A stretch of 64,000 nucleotides of DNA from Alphaproteobacteria bacterium (lineage in GTDB: Bacteria; Pseudomonadota; Alphaproteobacteria; SMXP01), in assembly GCA_028285305.1 (NCBI GenBank), contig JANQPV010000037.1, positions 94,838 to 158,837 on the forward strand, given 5' to 3'. Every line of letters begins with the position of its first letter. Positions within the stretch are counted from its first letter, which is position 1. The translations under genes were made by a program, and so were the position numbers. Of the stretch, positions 1-9,880 are shown piece after piece. Below the pieces are notes generated by a model that saw only the letters and a list, made by a program, of their open reading frames with translations, searched no databases and was not told the origin of the DNA.

Positions 1-324
1 TTCTTTCTGGCCATCCGTCCCCGCTCCCAGGAGCCCTGCTGTAGCCAGAACCGCACTCGCCATGTAAGGAGCCGGCGCCACATAGCGGCCCATCATTTCC
101 TGAACGAGAGCCGCATCCAAGAAAGTCAGCCCCAATCCACCGTGATCTTCGGGAACCAACAGTCCGGGCACGCCCAATTCAGTCAAGCCTTCATGCAGCC
201 GCGTGGCAAGAGAGCGGTCGCCGCTCGCATATATGCGCACATCATCAAGAGGAGATTTGTCCTCCAAGAACCGCTTGACGGACTCTTGGAGCATCCGCTG
301 TTCTTCGGTGAGCCCAAATTCCAT
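1..324 (-). CDS. acyl-CoA dehydrogenase, N-terminal part (partial; 3' end lies beyond the window start)
   Basis: My reverse-strand translation from the ATG at 322-324 gives MEFGLTEEQRMLQESVKRFLEDKSPLDD...LGVPGLLVPEDHGGLG, a typical ACAD N-terminus. An AGGAAG RBS overlaps the stop of the upstream ACAD. The ORF is cut by the window edge, so it is absent from the ORF track. Confidence 0.7.
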   Translation of the reverse strand, partial: MEFGLTEEQRMLQESVKRFLEDKSPLDDVRIYASGDRSLATRLHEGLTELGVPGLLVPEDHGGLGLTFLDAALVQEMMGRYVAPAPYMASAVLATAGLLGAGTDGQKE

Positions 325-336
325 GGTGTCTTCCTC

Positions 337-1527
337 TTACGCTTGTGCCGGTTTCGGCTCGCGCGGCATGTCCAAACCCCGCTCACTGATAATGTTCTTT
401 TGGATTTGCGCGGTGCCGCCGCCGATGATCAGGCCTAAGTCAAACATGTACTTGAACTGCCAGTCCCCCTGATCGCGGATATAGGGACTATTGTCGTAGA
501 GAATGCCCAGTTCCCCCATGGCGTCGATGGCAAGAGCCGCGAGCTGATGATTGATCTCGCAGCCTTGCAGTTTCACGATCAAACGCGCCAGACCCGGGTC
601 TTCTTTCTTTAACGAGTGGGTGACAAGCCGCAAGCCATGATACTCCATGGCATAGACGCGCGCCTGCAATTTCACCAGGCGGTCCCGGAACAAAGGATTG
701 TCGATGAGACGTTCGCCGTCGATGGTCTCTTTGTGCATGATCTCGATGATCGCCTCAAGGCGAGCCCGGGCCGCATTGGGATCGCCCAGCATTCCCCGCT
801 CATATTTGAGGGTGGAGTTCGCAACCAGCCACCCTTCGCCCCGATTACCCACAATCTGACTGGTCGGCACACGAACATCCGTGAAAAAGACCTCGTTGAA
901 GACCTCCGCCCCGGTCATCGTGTTGAGCGGCCGTACCTCAATGCCCGGCGTGTCCATGGAAAACAAGAGATAGCTGATCCCCTTGTGCTTGGGTGCATCG
1001 GGTTCCGTTCGCACCAGACAGAAGATCATGTCCGCGTGCTGGGCCGTACTGGTCCAGATCTTTTGACCGTTGATCACGAAGTCATCACCGTCCACATGAG
1101 CTTTCGTCTGAAGACTTGCCAGATCACTGCCCGCATTGGGCTCCGAGTAGCCTTGGCACCATATCATCTCCCCCCGGAGCGTCGGCTCGATATACTGTTT
1201 CTTTTGATCTTCCGTGCCGAGCTCAAGGAGCGTGGGGACGAGCATTGAGATCCCCTGCCCGGCAAGCCCCGTCGACACGCCGGCCTTCGCAAATTCTTCC
1301 GCAATGATACGTGACTTGAGGATATCCGGCTCCGCGCCAAAGCCGCCATACTCCTTTGGGATCGTTCGGGCCGCAAAGCCGTGGCTAATCAAGGTCTCTT
1401 GCCACGCCAAACGCTTGGCACTCTTCATGCCGTCGTTCATGCCCGGGGCATCCTTCCCGTGGTACGAAAGAAATCCTCTCACGTCGTCACGAAAGGTTTC
1501 ATATTCGGGCTTAAGCTGGAGATCCAT
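337..1527 (-). CDS. acyl-CoA dehydrogenase (AtuD/LiuA-like)
   Basis: 396-aa ORF with ACAD-family sequence throughout (MDLQLKPEYETF..., IWTSTAQHADMIFCLVRTEP, C-terminal catalytic region). It sits in tandem with the partial ACAD at 1-324. Confidence 0.85.
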   Translation of the reverse strand: MDLQLKPEYETFRDDVRGFLSYHGKDAPGMNDGMKSAKRLAWQETLISHGFAARTIPKEYGGFGAEPDILKSRIIAEEFAKAGVSTGLAGQGISMLVPTLLELGTEDQKKQYIEPTLRGEMIWCQGYSEPNAGSDLASLQTKAHVDGDDFVINGQKIWTSTAQHADMIFCLVRTEPDAPKHKGISYLLFSMDTPGIEVRPLNTMTGAEVFNEVFFTDVRVPTSQIVGNRGEGWLVANSTLKYERGMLGDPNAARARLEAIIEIMHKETIDGERLIDNPLFRDRLVKLQARVYAMEYHGLRLVTHSLKKEDPGLARLIVKLQGCEINHQLAALAIDAMGELGILYDNSPYIRDQGDWQFKYMFDLGLIIGGGTAQIQKNIISERGLDMPREPKPAQA

Positions 1528-1578
1528 TGTACTTCCGTTTTCCGTTCGGTTACGAATAAGTGTCTCGCGCGAGGAGGA

Positions 1579-2379
1579 TCACGCTTCGATATGACGTTGA
1601 CCCGGCGCAGGTGGATCCTCCGGCGGCCCAGCAAAACACTGGGCCATGGACATCCATGTATTCGCCGTTTCTCCGCGGACGGTCAATTCGGTATCTTTCA
1701 GGTTGCGCGTCTGGGTCACGACCCGGCAGAAATCCACGGCACTGCCTTCAACCATGTTACGCGGCTGAGGTTCGTTCCACTCCCACGTCTCGCCTGATGG
1801 CGCCGTCAATTTGACATAAGGCTTATCTTCCGGAACGTCCATCTTCCGATTCACAAAAGTCCAACCGAACGTGTTGATGCCGATGACAGCAATGTTCTTA
1901 ATACGATCGGCCTCCTGACGTTCGATGCCGAGTGTATCGAACACCTCTTGGCCGTGGGCCCAGGTTTCCATCTGCCGCGCGGTAATACAGGACCGCGCAC
2001 TCATATCGGGACCGGCCCATTTTAGCCGCGCTTTGGGATCGACATCTTCGTAGTTCTTGGCTGTTTTTTGGTAGTAATCCCGCCACGCTTCAAAAAGCGC
2101 TCGCCCCGACGCACCCTCCAACCAATCGTACTGTGTCTCCAGCACCGATTTCCCTTTGGCCATTGCGGCGCCAATATCTGCAAAAAACGCATCGAACTTA
2201 GCCCCGTCTTCCAAAGTCAGATCCGCCGCGTAATTAAACATATGCAGATGTCCAAGAACATCGTCGATTGTCCAATCTTTGAACAGAGTTTTCTTTTGGA
2301 AGTCTTGCTCTTCAAGGGGCTCAAGAATCGCAGCGAGAGCATCGCTCTCTTCTCTAAAATCGACGGCTTGTTGCAACAT
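1579..2379 (-). CDS. DinB-like / mycothiol-dependent maleylpyruvate isomerase N-terminal domain (TIGR03084-like) family protein
   Basis: The ORF is 1579..2523, but the conserved family N-terminus MLQQAVDFREESDALAAILEPL...DWTIDDVLGHL starts at Met49. A GGAGGAG RBS lies just upstream of that ATG at 2379. Confidence 0.6.
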   Translation of the reverse strand: MLQQAVDFREESDALAAILEPLEEQDFQKKTLFKDWTIDDVLGHLHMFNYAADLTLEDGAKFDAFFADIGAAMAKGKSVLETQYDWLEGASGRALFEAWRDYYQKTAKNYEDVDPKARLKWAGPDMSARSCITARQMETWAHGQEVFDTLGIERQEADRIKNIAVIGINTFGWTFVNRKMDVPEDKPYVKLTAPSGETWEWNEPQPRNMVEGSAVDFCRVVTQTRNLKDTELTVRGETANTWMSMAQCFAGPPEDPPAPGQRHIEA

Positions 2380-2402
2380 GCTCTCCTCCGGTCTTAGCGA
2401 CG

Positions 2403-3539
2403 CTAGACGCCCACACTTTCGGTAAGGCGCTCGTAGGCGCGGACAAAGTCTTCTTTGAATTCTTGCACCACCGCACCGGCCGACATGGACTGGTTCATCA
2501 GTCCTACGCCTTGACCAACCCAATAGGTCGCAAGTTCCTTTGCCCCTTCGTGCCCCCCTTGAGAGAGTTTGTCAATTTTGCCCAAAGCCGGCTCGCTCAC
2601 AAGCGATTGCAGCGGCATGGGGAGCGGAACGGGTCCTTCGTTTTCCCAAGCATCCGTCCACGGAGACCGCAGCTGACGGGAGTGTTTGCCCGTTCTGCTC
2701 CGGGAGCGAACGGTATCTCTGGAACTCGCCGACAGCATCTTTTCTTTAACCACCGGATTGGTCTCCGCTTCGGCGGTTGTCAGCCAAACGGATCCGGTCC
2801 ACGCTCCTGATGCACCCATCGCCATGCACGCCGCCATCTGAGCGCCGGTTACAATGCCGCCGGCCGCCAGGATGGGGACGTCTTTCACCGGCTGGATCGC
2901 TTGATAGACTTCCGGGATCAGGACCATCGTTGAGACATCTCCGCAGTGGCCACCAGCTTCCCCGCCGGCCACGACCAAGATATCGACACCCGCATTGACC
3001 TGTGCAATCGCATGCTCTTTTGCACCGACAAGCGCCGCCACCGGTACATTATGCTCTTTACCCATATCAAGCATGATCTTTGGCGGCACGCCCAGTGCAT
3101 TGGCAACCAGTTTGATCGGAAACTCAAAGGCGGCTTCCAGGGAAGCGGTCGCCCCCTCCACTTGCAGATTGGAGCCAAACTGAGACCCGGTTCGGCGGTT
3201 TTCATCCAGATCATCCGTATCTATATCATGTTTGTTAAGCACTCCGTTGGCGAACTGAATATGCTCTTCCGGTATCAGAGATTTGATCTGATCGGCCGAA
3301 GGTGTTTCCCCCTTACCCTCAAACTTATTCGGCACAATAAGATCGATGCCATAAGGCTTTCCGTTCGTATGCTCATCGATCCAGGTAAGCTCTTCGCGCA
3401 AACGATCGGGTGGCAGACTGACGGCCCCCAACACACCCATGCCACCTGCATTCGAGACAGCTGCAACAACGTCCCGGCAGTGACTAAACGCCACCAGCGG
3501 AAACTCGATACCTAACATTTCACAAATTCGAGACTGCAT
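2403..3539 (-). CDS. nitronate monooxygenase (NMO / 2-nitropropane dioxygenase family, FMN-dependent)
   Basis: 378-aa ORF with an NMO-family TIM-barrel sequence (GMGVLGAVS..., GGIVTGAQMAACMAMGASGAWTGSVWL). A GAAGGAAAG RBS lies upstream. Confidence 0.8.
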   Translation of the reverse strand: MQSRICEMLGIEFPLVAFSHCRDVVAAVSNAGGMGVLGAVSLPPDRLREELTWIDEHTNGKPYGIDLIVPNKFEGKGETPSADQIKSLIPEEHIQFANGVLNKHDIDTDDLDENRRTGSQFGSNLQVEGATASLEAAFEFPIKLVANALGVPPKIMLDMGKEHNVPVAALVGAKEHAIAQVNAGVDILVVAGGEAGGHCGDVSTMVLIPEVYQAIQPVKDVPILAAGGIVTGAQMAACMAMGASGAWTGSVWLTTAEAETNPVVKEKMLSASSRDTVRSRSRTGKHSRQLRSPWTDAWENEGPVPLPMPLQSLVSEPALGKIDKLSQGGHEGAKELATYWVGQGVGLMNQSMSAGAVVQEFKEDFVRAYERLTESVGV

Positions 3540-3571
3540 GGTCTTTCCTTCTCTGAATCGATCAGACGGCC

Positions 3572-5566
3572 TTACGCCGCATCATCCTCGACCTTAACTT
3601 CCACAAGCATATCATCGGCCGCAACTTGAGCGCCAGGGGTTGCCGGCACAGCGGCGACCACCCCATCCACTTCCGACAAGATCTCGTGTTGCATCTTCAT
3701 GGCTTCTAGAATCGCCAGCCGCATGCCTTTGGAAACCCGATCACCCTCCTTGACAAAGACTTCGGTAACGGCGCCGTGCATCGGCGCAACGACGAGACCG
3801 CCACCCCCCTTGGCCTTTTGCGACTTAGAGACCGCAACCTCATTCGTCAAATCGAACGTCCGACCTTGGGTGCCAAGTTGAATACGTTCGTTGCCTCTGG
3901 TCAAAAACGTGTAACTTCCCGTCACTCCGTCGATTGTCAGCTTAGCGGTGTGACCTTCGATCGCCTTCACCTCCGCCCCATGAGAAGCGTCTCCAATCAC
4001 CACGGAATAGTGGCTCGCGCTCGAAGGCCGAACGGTTACGTCGAACGTCTCCTCGCCCACCTTGAATACGTAGCGGCTCGCCAACGCGCCCGTGCTTGAC
4101 CAGTTTCTGAGTTCTTCCGAAACCATCACACTCTCGGCCATCGCCCCTGTATAACAACTTTCGTAAAGCAAGAGAGCCGCCGCTATTAGATCGGAAGGCG
4201 CAGGAATCTGAGCTTGATCGACATCGAAATCTTCAACCAGAAAGGCCGTCGTTGCCTCACCTTTTGCAAACTTTTCCGCACTCAAAGCATCAATGAGAAA
4301 CCGCTGGTTGGTGGTGACACCAAACAAGCTTGTATTGGCCAGACCGCTAATGAGCCGTTTGCGGGCGATGTCGCGGGTCTCCCCCCAGGAGATGACTTTG
4401 GCAAGCATAGGGTCATAGAACGAAGAAACGTCCTGCCCTGAGGCAATTCCCGCGTCAAACCGGAGATGATCCTGCTCGGCAGGTGACCAAAGGTCGATAC
4501 GCCCGGTGCATGGCAGAAAGCCCTTAGCCGGGTCCTCCGCATACAGACGCACCTCCATTGCGTGCCCATTTAGTCTAACGTCTTCTTGGCTCAATCCCAG
4601 CTCGGCCCCTTCCGCCACGCGAATTTGAAGTGCGACAAGGTCATGTCCCGTAATCAACTCCGTTACAGGGTGCTCCACCTGCAGTCGCGTATTCATTTCA
4701 AGGAAATAGAACGAGCCCGACTCATCCAACAAGAACTCAACAGTCCCGGCGCCGCGATAATCAATCGCTTTCGCCGCTTCAACCGCCGCACTCCCCATCC
4801 GTTCACGCAGCTCTTCGGTCATTACCGGACACGGCGCCTCTTCAATAACTTTTTGATGCCGGCGCTGAACAGAACAATCGCGCTCACCCAAATGAATGAC
4901 ATTCCCATGAGTGTCCGCAAAGACTTGGATCTCAACATGACGGGGGCGGATGATCGCCTTTTCAAGAATGATCTCGTCGGACCCAAAGGACCGTTCCGCC
5001 TCGGATCTGGCGCGCTCGAGGGCTTGCGGCAAGTCCGCCGCGTTGTCCACCAGCCGCATCCCCCGCCCGCCGCCGCCCGCGGCAGCTTTGACCATGATGG
5101 GAAAGCCAATATCGTTCGCCGCTGATATCAGGGTTTCGTTGGACTGATCCTCCCCTTCATAGCCCGGCACACACGGAACGCCCGCATCAATCATTCGGCG
5201 CTTTGCGGCCGCCTTGTTTCCCATCAATCGAATAGCGTCTGGCGTCGGCCCGATGAATGTGAGGCCGCCATGCTCACAGGTCGCTGCAAAATCTTCGTTC
5301 TCCGACAGAAAGCCGTATCCGGGATGGACGGCTTCGGCGCCCGTTTCCTTGGCCGCCTTCAGTATGCGGTCCTTATCAAGGTAGGACTCACCCACAGGCG
5401 GAGGTCCGATGAGCGCCGCCTCATCTGCGAACCGGACATGGGGGGCGTCGGCATCCGCCTCGGAATAGACCGCGATGGTTCGATATCCCAGGCTCTTGGC
5501 GGTTTTCATAACCCGAACGGCGATTTCACCGCGATTGGCAACCAGAATAGATGTAAAGGAACTCAT
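3572..5566 (-). CDS. biotin-dependent acyl-CoA carboxylase alpha subunit (biotin carboxylase + BCCP; geranyl-CoA / methylcrotonyl-CoA carboxylase alpha, AtuF/LiuD-like)
   Basis: Biotin-carboxylase N-terminus ILVANRGEIAVRVMKTAK, ATP-grasp core, and a C-terminal biotinyl domain with EAMKMQH. The likely start is Met34 of the 697-aa ORF, which has an RBS upstream. Confidence 0.85.
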   Translation of the reverse strand: MSSFTSILVANRGEIAVRVMKTAKSLGYRTIAVYSEADADAPHVRFADEAALIGPPPVGESYLDKDRILKAAKETGAEAVHPGYGFLSENEDFAATCEHGGLTFIGPTPDAIRLMGNKAAAKRRMIDAGVPCVPGYEGEDQSNETLISAANDIGFPIMVKAAAGGGGRGMRLVDNAADLPQALERARSEAERSFGSDEIILEKAIIRPRHVEIQVFADTHGNVIHLGERDCSVQRRHQKVIEEAPCPVMTEELRERMGSAAVEAAKAIDYRGAGTVEFLLDESGSFYFLEMNTRLQVEHPVTELITGHDLVALQIRVAEGAELGLSQEDVRLNGHAMEVRLYAEDPAKGFLPCTGRIDLWSPAEQDHLRFDAGIASGQDVSSFYDPMLAKVISWGETRDIARKRLISGLANTSLFGVTTNQRFLIDALSAEKFAKGEATTAFLVEDFDVDQAQIPAPSDLIAAALLLYESCYTGAMAESVMVSEELRNWSSTGALASRYVFKVGEETFDVTVRPSSASHYSVVIGDASHGAEVKAIEGHTAKLTIDGVTGSYTFLTRGNERIQLGTQGRTFDLTNEVAVSKSQKAKGGGGLVVAPMHGAVTEVFVKEGDRVSKGMRLAILEAMKMQHEILSEVDGVVAAVPATPGAQVAADDMLVEVKVEDDAA

Positions 5567-5580
5567 GCCGTCCACTTCCC

Positions 5581-6396
5581 TTATTTGACTTGATCCGCCC
5601 AGTTTGGTTTGCGTTTTTCCAAGAAGGCGGCAACACCTTCTTTGCCCTCCGGCCCAAGCATACATTCAGCGAAACCGTTTGCCGCCATATCCAGCATCGC
5701 GTCCCGGTCAAGCTTGGGTGTTGCCAAAACGATGTCTTTGGTGACCGCATTGGCACCGGGAGCACACTTCATCACTTGTTTCTTGATGTCCGCTTCGATG
5801 CGTTCCATATCGGCGACATCTTTTGCGACGAAGTCCGCCAGTCCATTTGTGCCCGCATCAAGGCCGGTGAACCGTGCAGCCGTCAGCATCAGGCGCCGCG
5901 CCGTTGTCATGCCGAGCCTTTGAACGACAAAGGGGGCAATTTGCGCCGGCGGAATCCCAAGCGTCGTTTCAGTCAAGGCGAATTTAGCGTCTTGCGTTAC
6001 GACAACGATGTCTCCCGTGCACACAATGCCCAGACCTCCCGCCATTGCCACCCCTTCAACCAACATGATCACGACTTGTGGCATCGTGTTGATAAGGCCG
6101 AACAATTCACCGCCCGCTCGGCTCGAGGCGGCAACATCTTGAACGGTTTGCTCACCACCCTGAAAATTCGACTTAAAGCCTTTCAGGTCGCCGCCGGCAC
6201 AAAAGACACCGCCTTTACCGCGCAGCGTAATTCCCCGCACGGTACGATCGTCCCGCACGGACTCCAACACATTTCTGAGGTCCGACGTCAGCTCGCCCGA
6301 TAGCGCGTTGCGCGCCTCTGGCCGATTAAACCAAATGGTCAGCCATCCCCCATCGAATTCAGTCAAAACATACTCTGTACTCGGCAAATTGGGCAT
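5581..6396 (-). CDS. enoyl-CoA hydratase/isomerase family protein (methylglutaconyl-/isohexenylglutaconyl-CoA hydratase-like, AtuE/LiuC-like)
   Basis: Crotonase-fold motifs (LTIWFNRPEARNAL, FCAGGDLKG). It lies between the carboxylase alpha and beta subunits. Confidence 0.8.
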   Translation of the reverse strand: MPNLPSTEYVLTEFDGGWLTIWFNRPEARNALSGELTSDLRNVLESVRDDRTVRGITLRGKGGVFCAGGDLKGFKSNFQGGEQTVQDVAASSRAGGELFGLINTMPQVVIMLVEGVAMAGGLGIVCTGDIVVVTQDAKFALTETTLGIPPAQIAPFVVQRLGMTTARRLMLTAARFTGLDAGTNGLADFVAKDVADMERIEADIKKQVMKCAPGANAVTKDIVLATPKLDRDAMLDMAANGFAECMLGPEGKEGVAAFLEKRKPNWADQVK

Positions 6397-6426
6397 TACT
6401 TCATTCCCCCCCGATAGACCAGTCCA

Positions 6427-8049
6427 TCACATCCGTGCCACGCCAAAACTGTTCGGACGGACCTCACGGTGCTGAGCTTCCCATAAGGTATCAAGCAGGA
6501 AGCCTAAGGTTTGGCGGGTTTCCCTGGGGTCGATCATACCGTCGTCCAACGTGTGACCCGACGTGTAAAAGCCGCCCGCCTGTGTATCGTAGAGGTCGAT
6601 AAGGAACTCTTCTTGCTTGTTCAGAGCCTCCCGGTCGACGTCCTCGCCTGTGCGTTCGGCTGCCCCTTCGGAAACAATCGTCATCACTTTTGCGGCTTGC
6701 TCGCCGCCCATCACGCCCGTCGAAGAGTTCGGCCAAGAGTAAATAAAGTCCGGACTATAACCCTGACCGCACATGCCGTAATTTCCAGCGCCAAAACTGG
6801 CGCCAGTCATAAACGTCAGACGCGGCACTTCAATGTTGGTCACGGCTTGGATCATTTTCGATCCATGTTTGATCATCCCCGCCCGTTCATATTGGGATCC
6901 AACGATATAGCCGGTTGTATTCTGTAGAAAAACGACAGGTGTGCCCGCTTGATCGCAAAGCTGCATAAACTGGGTGGCCTTCGTTGCCCCGTCCGGATCA
7001 ATCGGACCATTGTTGCCAATAATCCCGCACCGGTGTCCAAATACGTCGGCATGAACACACGCTGTCGAAACACCGTAACGCGGTTTGAAATCGGAAAACT
7101 CGGAACCGTCGACAATTCGTGCCATGACTTCACGCACGTCGTAAGGCTTTCTATAGTCGACCGGAACGATGCCGGCAATTTCGTCCGGATCGTATTTAGG
7201 CGCGGCAAAGTTTTCATCGGGACGCGACGCGCATCTGGAATTCCAATCGAGACGCTCAATAACTTCCCGCGCCAGCATCACGCCTTCGCTGTCGTCATCG
7301 GCTAAGAACTCTGCCAGTCCCGAGACAGAAGCGTGCATTTCCGCACCTCCAAGCTCGTCTTCGGTGGCAATTTCTCCTGTTGCCGCCTTCAAGAGTGGCG
7401 GTCCGGCCAGAAAGGCTTTCCCGCGGCCGCGCACGGCAACCACGTAATCACTCATCCCCGGCATGTAGGCGCCGCCTGCCGTTGATGATCCGTGCAAGAC
7501 CGAAATAACCGGCACGCCCGCCTTACTCATCCGCGCCTGGTTGGCGAACATCGTGCCACCCTTTGTGAAACCGTCCACCCGGTAGTTGATCAAGTCGCCG
7601 CCCGCGCTTTCGACCAGATGGACGAAGGGTAGCTTCTGTTGCCGCGCGATCTCCAACGTTCGCACAATTTTGTAGGCCGTCGCGCCCATCATCGCGCCGG
7701 CGCGGATGCCGCTATCATCAACAGCGATCATACAGCGCACGCCTTTGACGAACCCGATGCCGGAGATCAGGGTGCTGCCCGGAATGGACTTTTCTTCCGG
7801 AAGACCATCGGAGAGATAACCGGCGATATTGCAGACGCTCAAAAACGGCATGCCTGGATCAAGCAATTGCGCGAGCCGTTCCCGCGGGGTGAGCTGTCCC
7901 CGGTCGCGAAAACGTTGCTTGCGGCTCTCAGACATTGCGGGCGCTCTATTGTTCAGCTCCGTGAGTTTATCAATCAGCTGCAACATCTCCGCCCGGTTGG
8001 TCTGAAAAGACTCAGACGAGGGACTGATCTTCGAGGCAAAAACGGTCAT
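6427..8049 (-). CDS. acyl-CoA carboxylase carboxyltransferase beta subunit (AtuC/LiuB-like)
   Basis: 540-aa carboxyltransferase-family sequence. Its ATG overlaps the stop of the upstream AtuA-like gene (ATGA), consistent with translational coupling. Confidence 0.85.
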   Translation of the reverse strand: MTVFASKISPSSESFQTNRAEMLQLIDKLTELNNRAPAMSESRKQRFRDRGQLTPRERLAQLLDPGMPFLSVCNIAGYLSDGLPEEKSIPGSTLISGIGFVKGVRCMIAVDDSGIRAGAMMGATAYKIVRTLEIARQQKLPFVHLVESAGGDLINYRVDGFTKGGTMFANQARMSKAGVPVISVLHGSSTAGGAYMPGMSDYVVAVRGRGKAFLAGPPLLKAATGEIATEDELGGAEMHASVSGLAEFLADDDSEGVMLAREVIERLDWNSRCASRPDENFAAPKYDPDEIAGIVPVDYRKPYDVREVMARIVDGSEFSDFKPRYGVSTACVHADVFGHRCGIIGNNGPIDPDGATKATQFMQLCDQAGTPVVFLQNTTGYIVGSQYERAGMIKHGSKMIQAVTNIEVPRLTFMTGASFGAGNYGMCGQGYSPDFIYSWPNSSTGVMGGEQAAKVMTIVSEGAAERTGEDVDREALNKQEEFLIDLYDTQAGGFYTSGHTLDDGMIDPRETRQTLGFLLDTLWEAQHREVRPNSFGVARM

Positions 8050-9833
8050 GCCACTTTCTCTGCAATATCTTTGGGAACGGATATAGGGTGATCAAGAAGG
8101 ATTTGCGCATAGGCTTTGCCTTGCGGATCGTTTCTTAGGCTGGCAACACCGCCCCCGCCGAGGGCCTCATGCAACAGGAAATTGATCGCCTTGGGCCCCG
8201 GCATATAAAAGCGTTCCAAGTCTCCCTCAAGGAAGTGGGAGAACCGATCTTTCACAGCATCTTCCGACAGCGACGCCCAAATATAGGGGAGATAAGCTGC
8301 GTCTCGCGCGATAATTCCGATATTGGCCTTGTTGCCTTTGTCCCCACTGCGGCCCCACGCCAACTTCACAAGAGGAACGTCAACTTCACCCTGAACCGGT
8401 TGTGGAGCCTCTGGCCGCTTGATCACTTTCGGATCAAAACTTGTGCCAAGCGCTTCTTGAAATGTGATCTTCTTACCATCGATATCAATCTCAATGGGCA
8501 CACGCGCGCGTGGCAGAAGAAAAGAGAACAGACGAATCATGGGAGACGGTTTCGCCCGGCTTCCGGCAAAACCAGACAAACCAGGAGGCGTCGCAAGGGC
8601 CAGCCCGGTCGCTTCTCTCAACAAGAGAGATATGCCCTTGTCCGATTCATGTTTCGCCGCCAGCTTTAACACCACCTCTCGCGGCTCGCTCGATCTGGAG
8701 TGGTCTCCGTATTGACTGCCTCCGCCGATCACTTCCACGCTGGTCTCCGTGTAGTCCGGCTGGTTCATGGCCCGCAAGGTCTCTCGCGCCCTGGTGATCG
8801 CTGCATCGGCCATGGTCTTCGCTTTTTTGTCCGCATCAAGACCGATAAAACTCATATAGGTCCCTCCGCGAAATCCATCTGCATAGGTCGCGCAAACCTT
8901 GTAGGTGTCTGGCGGTCCATACCCGATCGCATTGGAAACTTTCACCCGGTTCGCACCTGCGTCTTCGATCTTGACCTGGGAGAAATCGCAAACAACGTCG
9001 GGCAGAAAATAGGCCTGAGGGTCACCAATTTCATAGAGCATCTGCTCGGAAACCGTCCCGACATTTACGGCACCACCGGTATCGTCCGGCTTGGTACATA
9101 CAAACGTTCCGTCATCGGACACTTCCGCGATAGGATAGCCAATTGTCGCGAGGGTCTCAGCGACCGTATGCCAGTCCGTAAAGTTTCCCCCCGTCGCTTG
9201 CGGTCCGCATTCCAGAATATGACCAGCGAGACTGCCTTGAGCCAACCTATTCCAATCATCCGCCCGCCAGCCAAACTCATGAATACACGCCGCCAACGTT
9301 ACCGCGCTGTCCACAACCCGGCCCGTGACAACGATATCCGCACCGGCCGCCAAGGCTCGGGCGATTGGAAACGCACCTAGATAGGCATTCATACTGGCGA
9401 GAATTGCCGGGTCCGGAAACGTCTCACCCGAGAACATTTCCTTTATGCCCTCGCTCCCGAACTCGTCTTTTCGCGGCATCAGATCATCACCCGTAACGAC
9501 CGCGACCGTCAGATTGAGGTTTTGCTCAGCGACGAGCGCTCTGATCGCCGCACCGCATGCCTCCGGATTAACCCCGCCCGCGTTCGAGAGTATCCGAACG
9601 CCTTTTTGAGCAATCTCTTGGAGATTGGGTTTCATCACCGCGGTCACAAAGTCGGTGGCGTATCCCGCATCGGGATTTTTTGCCTTCGCGCGCGCCATGA
9701 TAGACATCGTGATTTCCGCCAAATAGTCGTACACGATGTAATCGACATTCGCGGAACGGAGAAACTGCGGCGTCGCCATGGCCGACTCGCCCCAAAATCC
9801 GCTGGCGCCGCCAATCGAAATCGTCTTTGTCAT
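8046..9833 (-). CDS. acyclic terpene utilisation AtuA family protein (DUF1446)
   Basis: 595-aa protein with N-terminal MTKTISIGGASGFWGESAMATPQFL...YIVYDYLAEITMSIMA typical of AtuA/DUF1446. A strong RBS GGAGGTGAGGAAG lies upstream. It is first in an operon with the carboxylase subunits. Confidence 0.75.
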   Translation of the reverse strand: MTKTISIGGASGFWGESAMATPQFLRSANVDYIVYDYLAEITMSIMARAKAKNPDAGYATDFVTAVMKPNLQEIAQKGVRILSNAGGVNPEACGAAIRALVAEQNLNLTVAVVTGDDLMPRKDEFGSEGIKEMFSGETFPDPAILASMNAYLGAFPIARALAAGADIVVTGRVVDSAVTLAACIHEFGWRADDWNRLAQGSLAGHILECGPQATGGNFTDWHTVAETLATIGYPIAEVSDDGTFVCTKPDDTGGAVNVGTVSEQMLYEIGDPQAYFLPDVVCDFSQVKIEDAGANRVKVSNAIGYGPPDTYKVCATYADGFRGGTYMSFIGLDADKKAKTMADAAITRARETLRAMNQPDYTETSVEVIGGGSQYGDHSRSSEPREVVLKLAAKHESDKGISLLLREATGLALATPPGLSGFAGSRAKPSPMIRLFSFLLPRARVPIEIDIDGKKITFQEALGTSFDPKVIKRPEAPQPVQGEVDVPLVKLAWGRSGDKGNKANIGIIARDAAYLPYIWASLSEDAVKDRFSHFLEGDLERFYMPGPKAINFLLHEALGGGGVASLRNDPQGKAYAQILLDHPISVPKDIAEKVA

Positions 9834-9880
9834 ATCTTCTTCCTCACCTCCGATTTATAGCCACTCAATCAAAACAACGG

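Noticed and set aside
616-1248. 210-aa plus-strand ORF inside the acyl-CoA dehydrogenase gene
   Set aside because: It is antisense to a well-supported ACAD. High-GC genomes generate long spurious antisense ORFs, and this one has no recognisable domain.
5590-6303. 237-aa plus-strand ORF
   Set aside because: It lies entirely antisense within the enoyl-CoA hydratase gene and is low-complexity and Arg-rich, a typical GC-rich antisense artefact.
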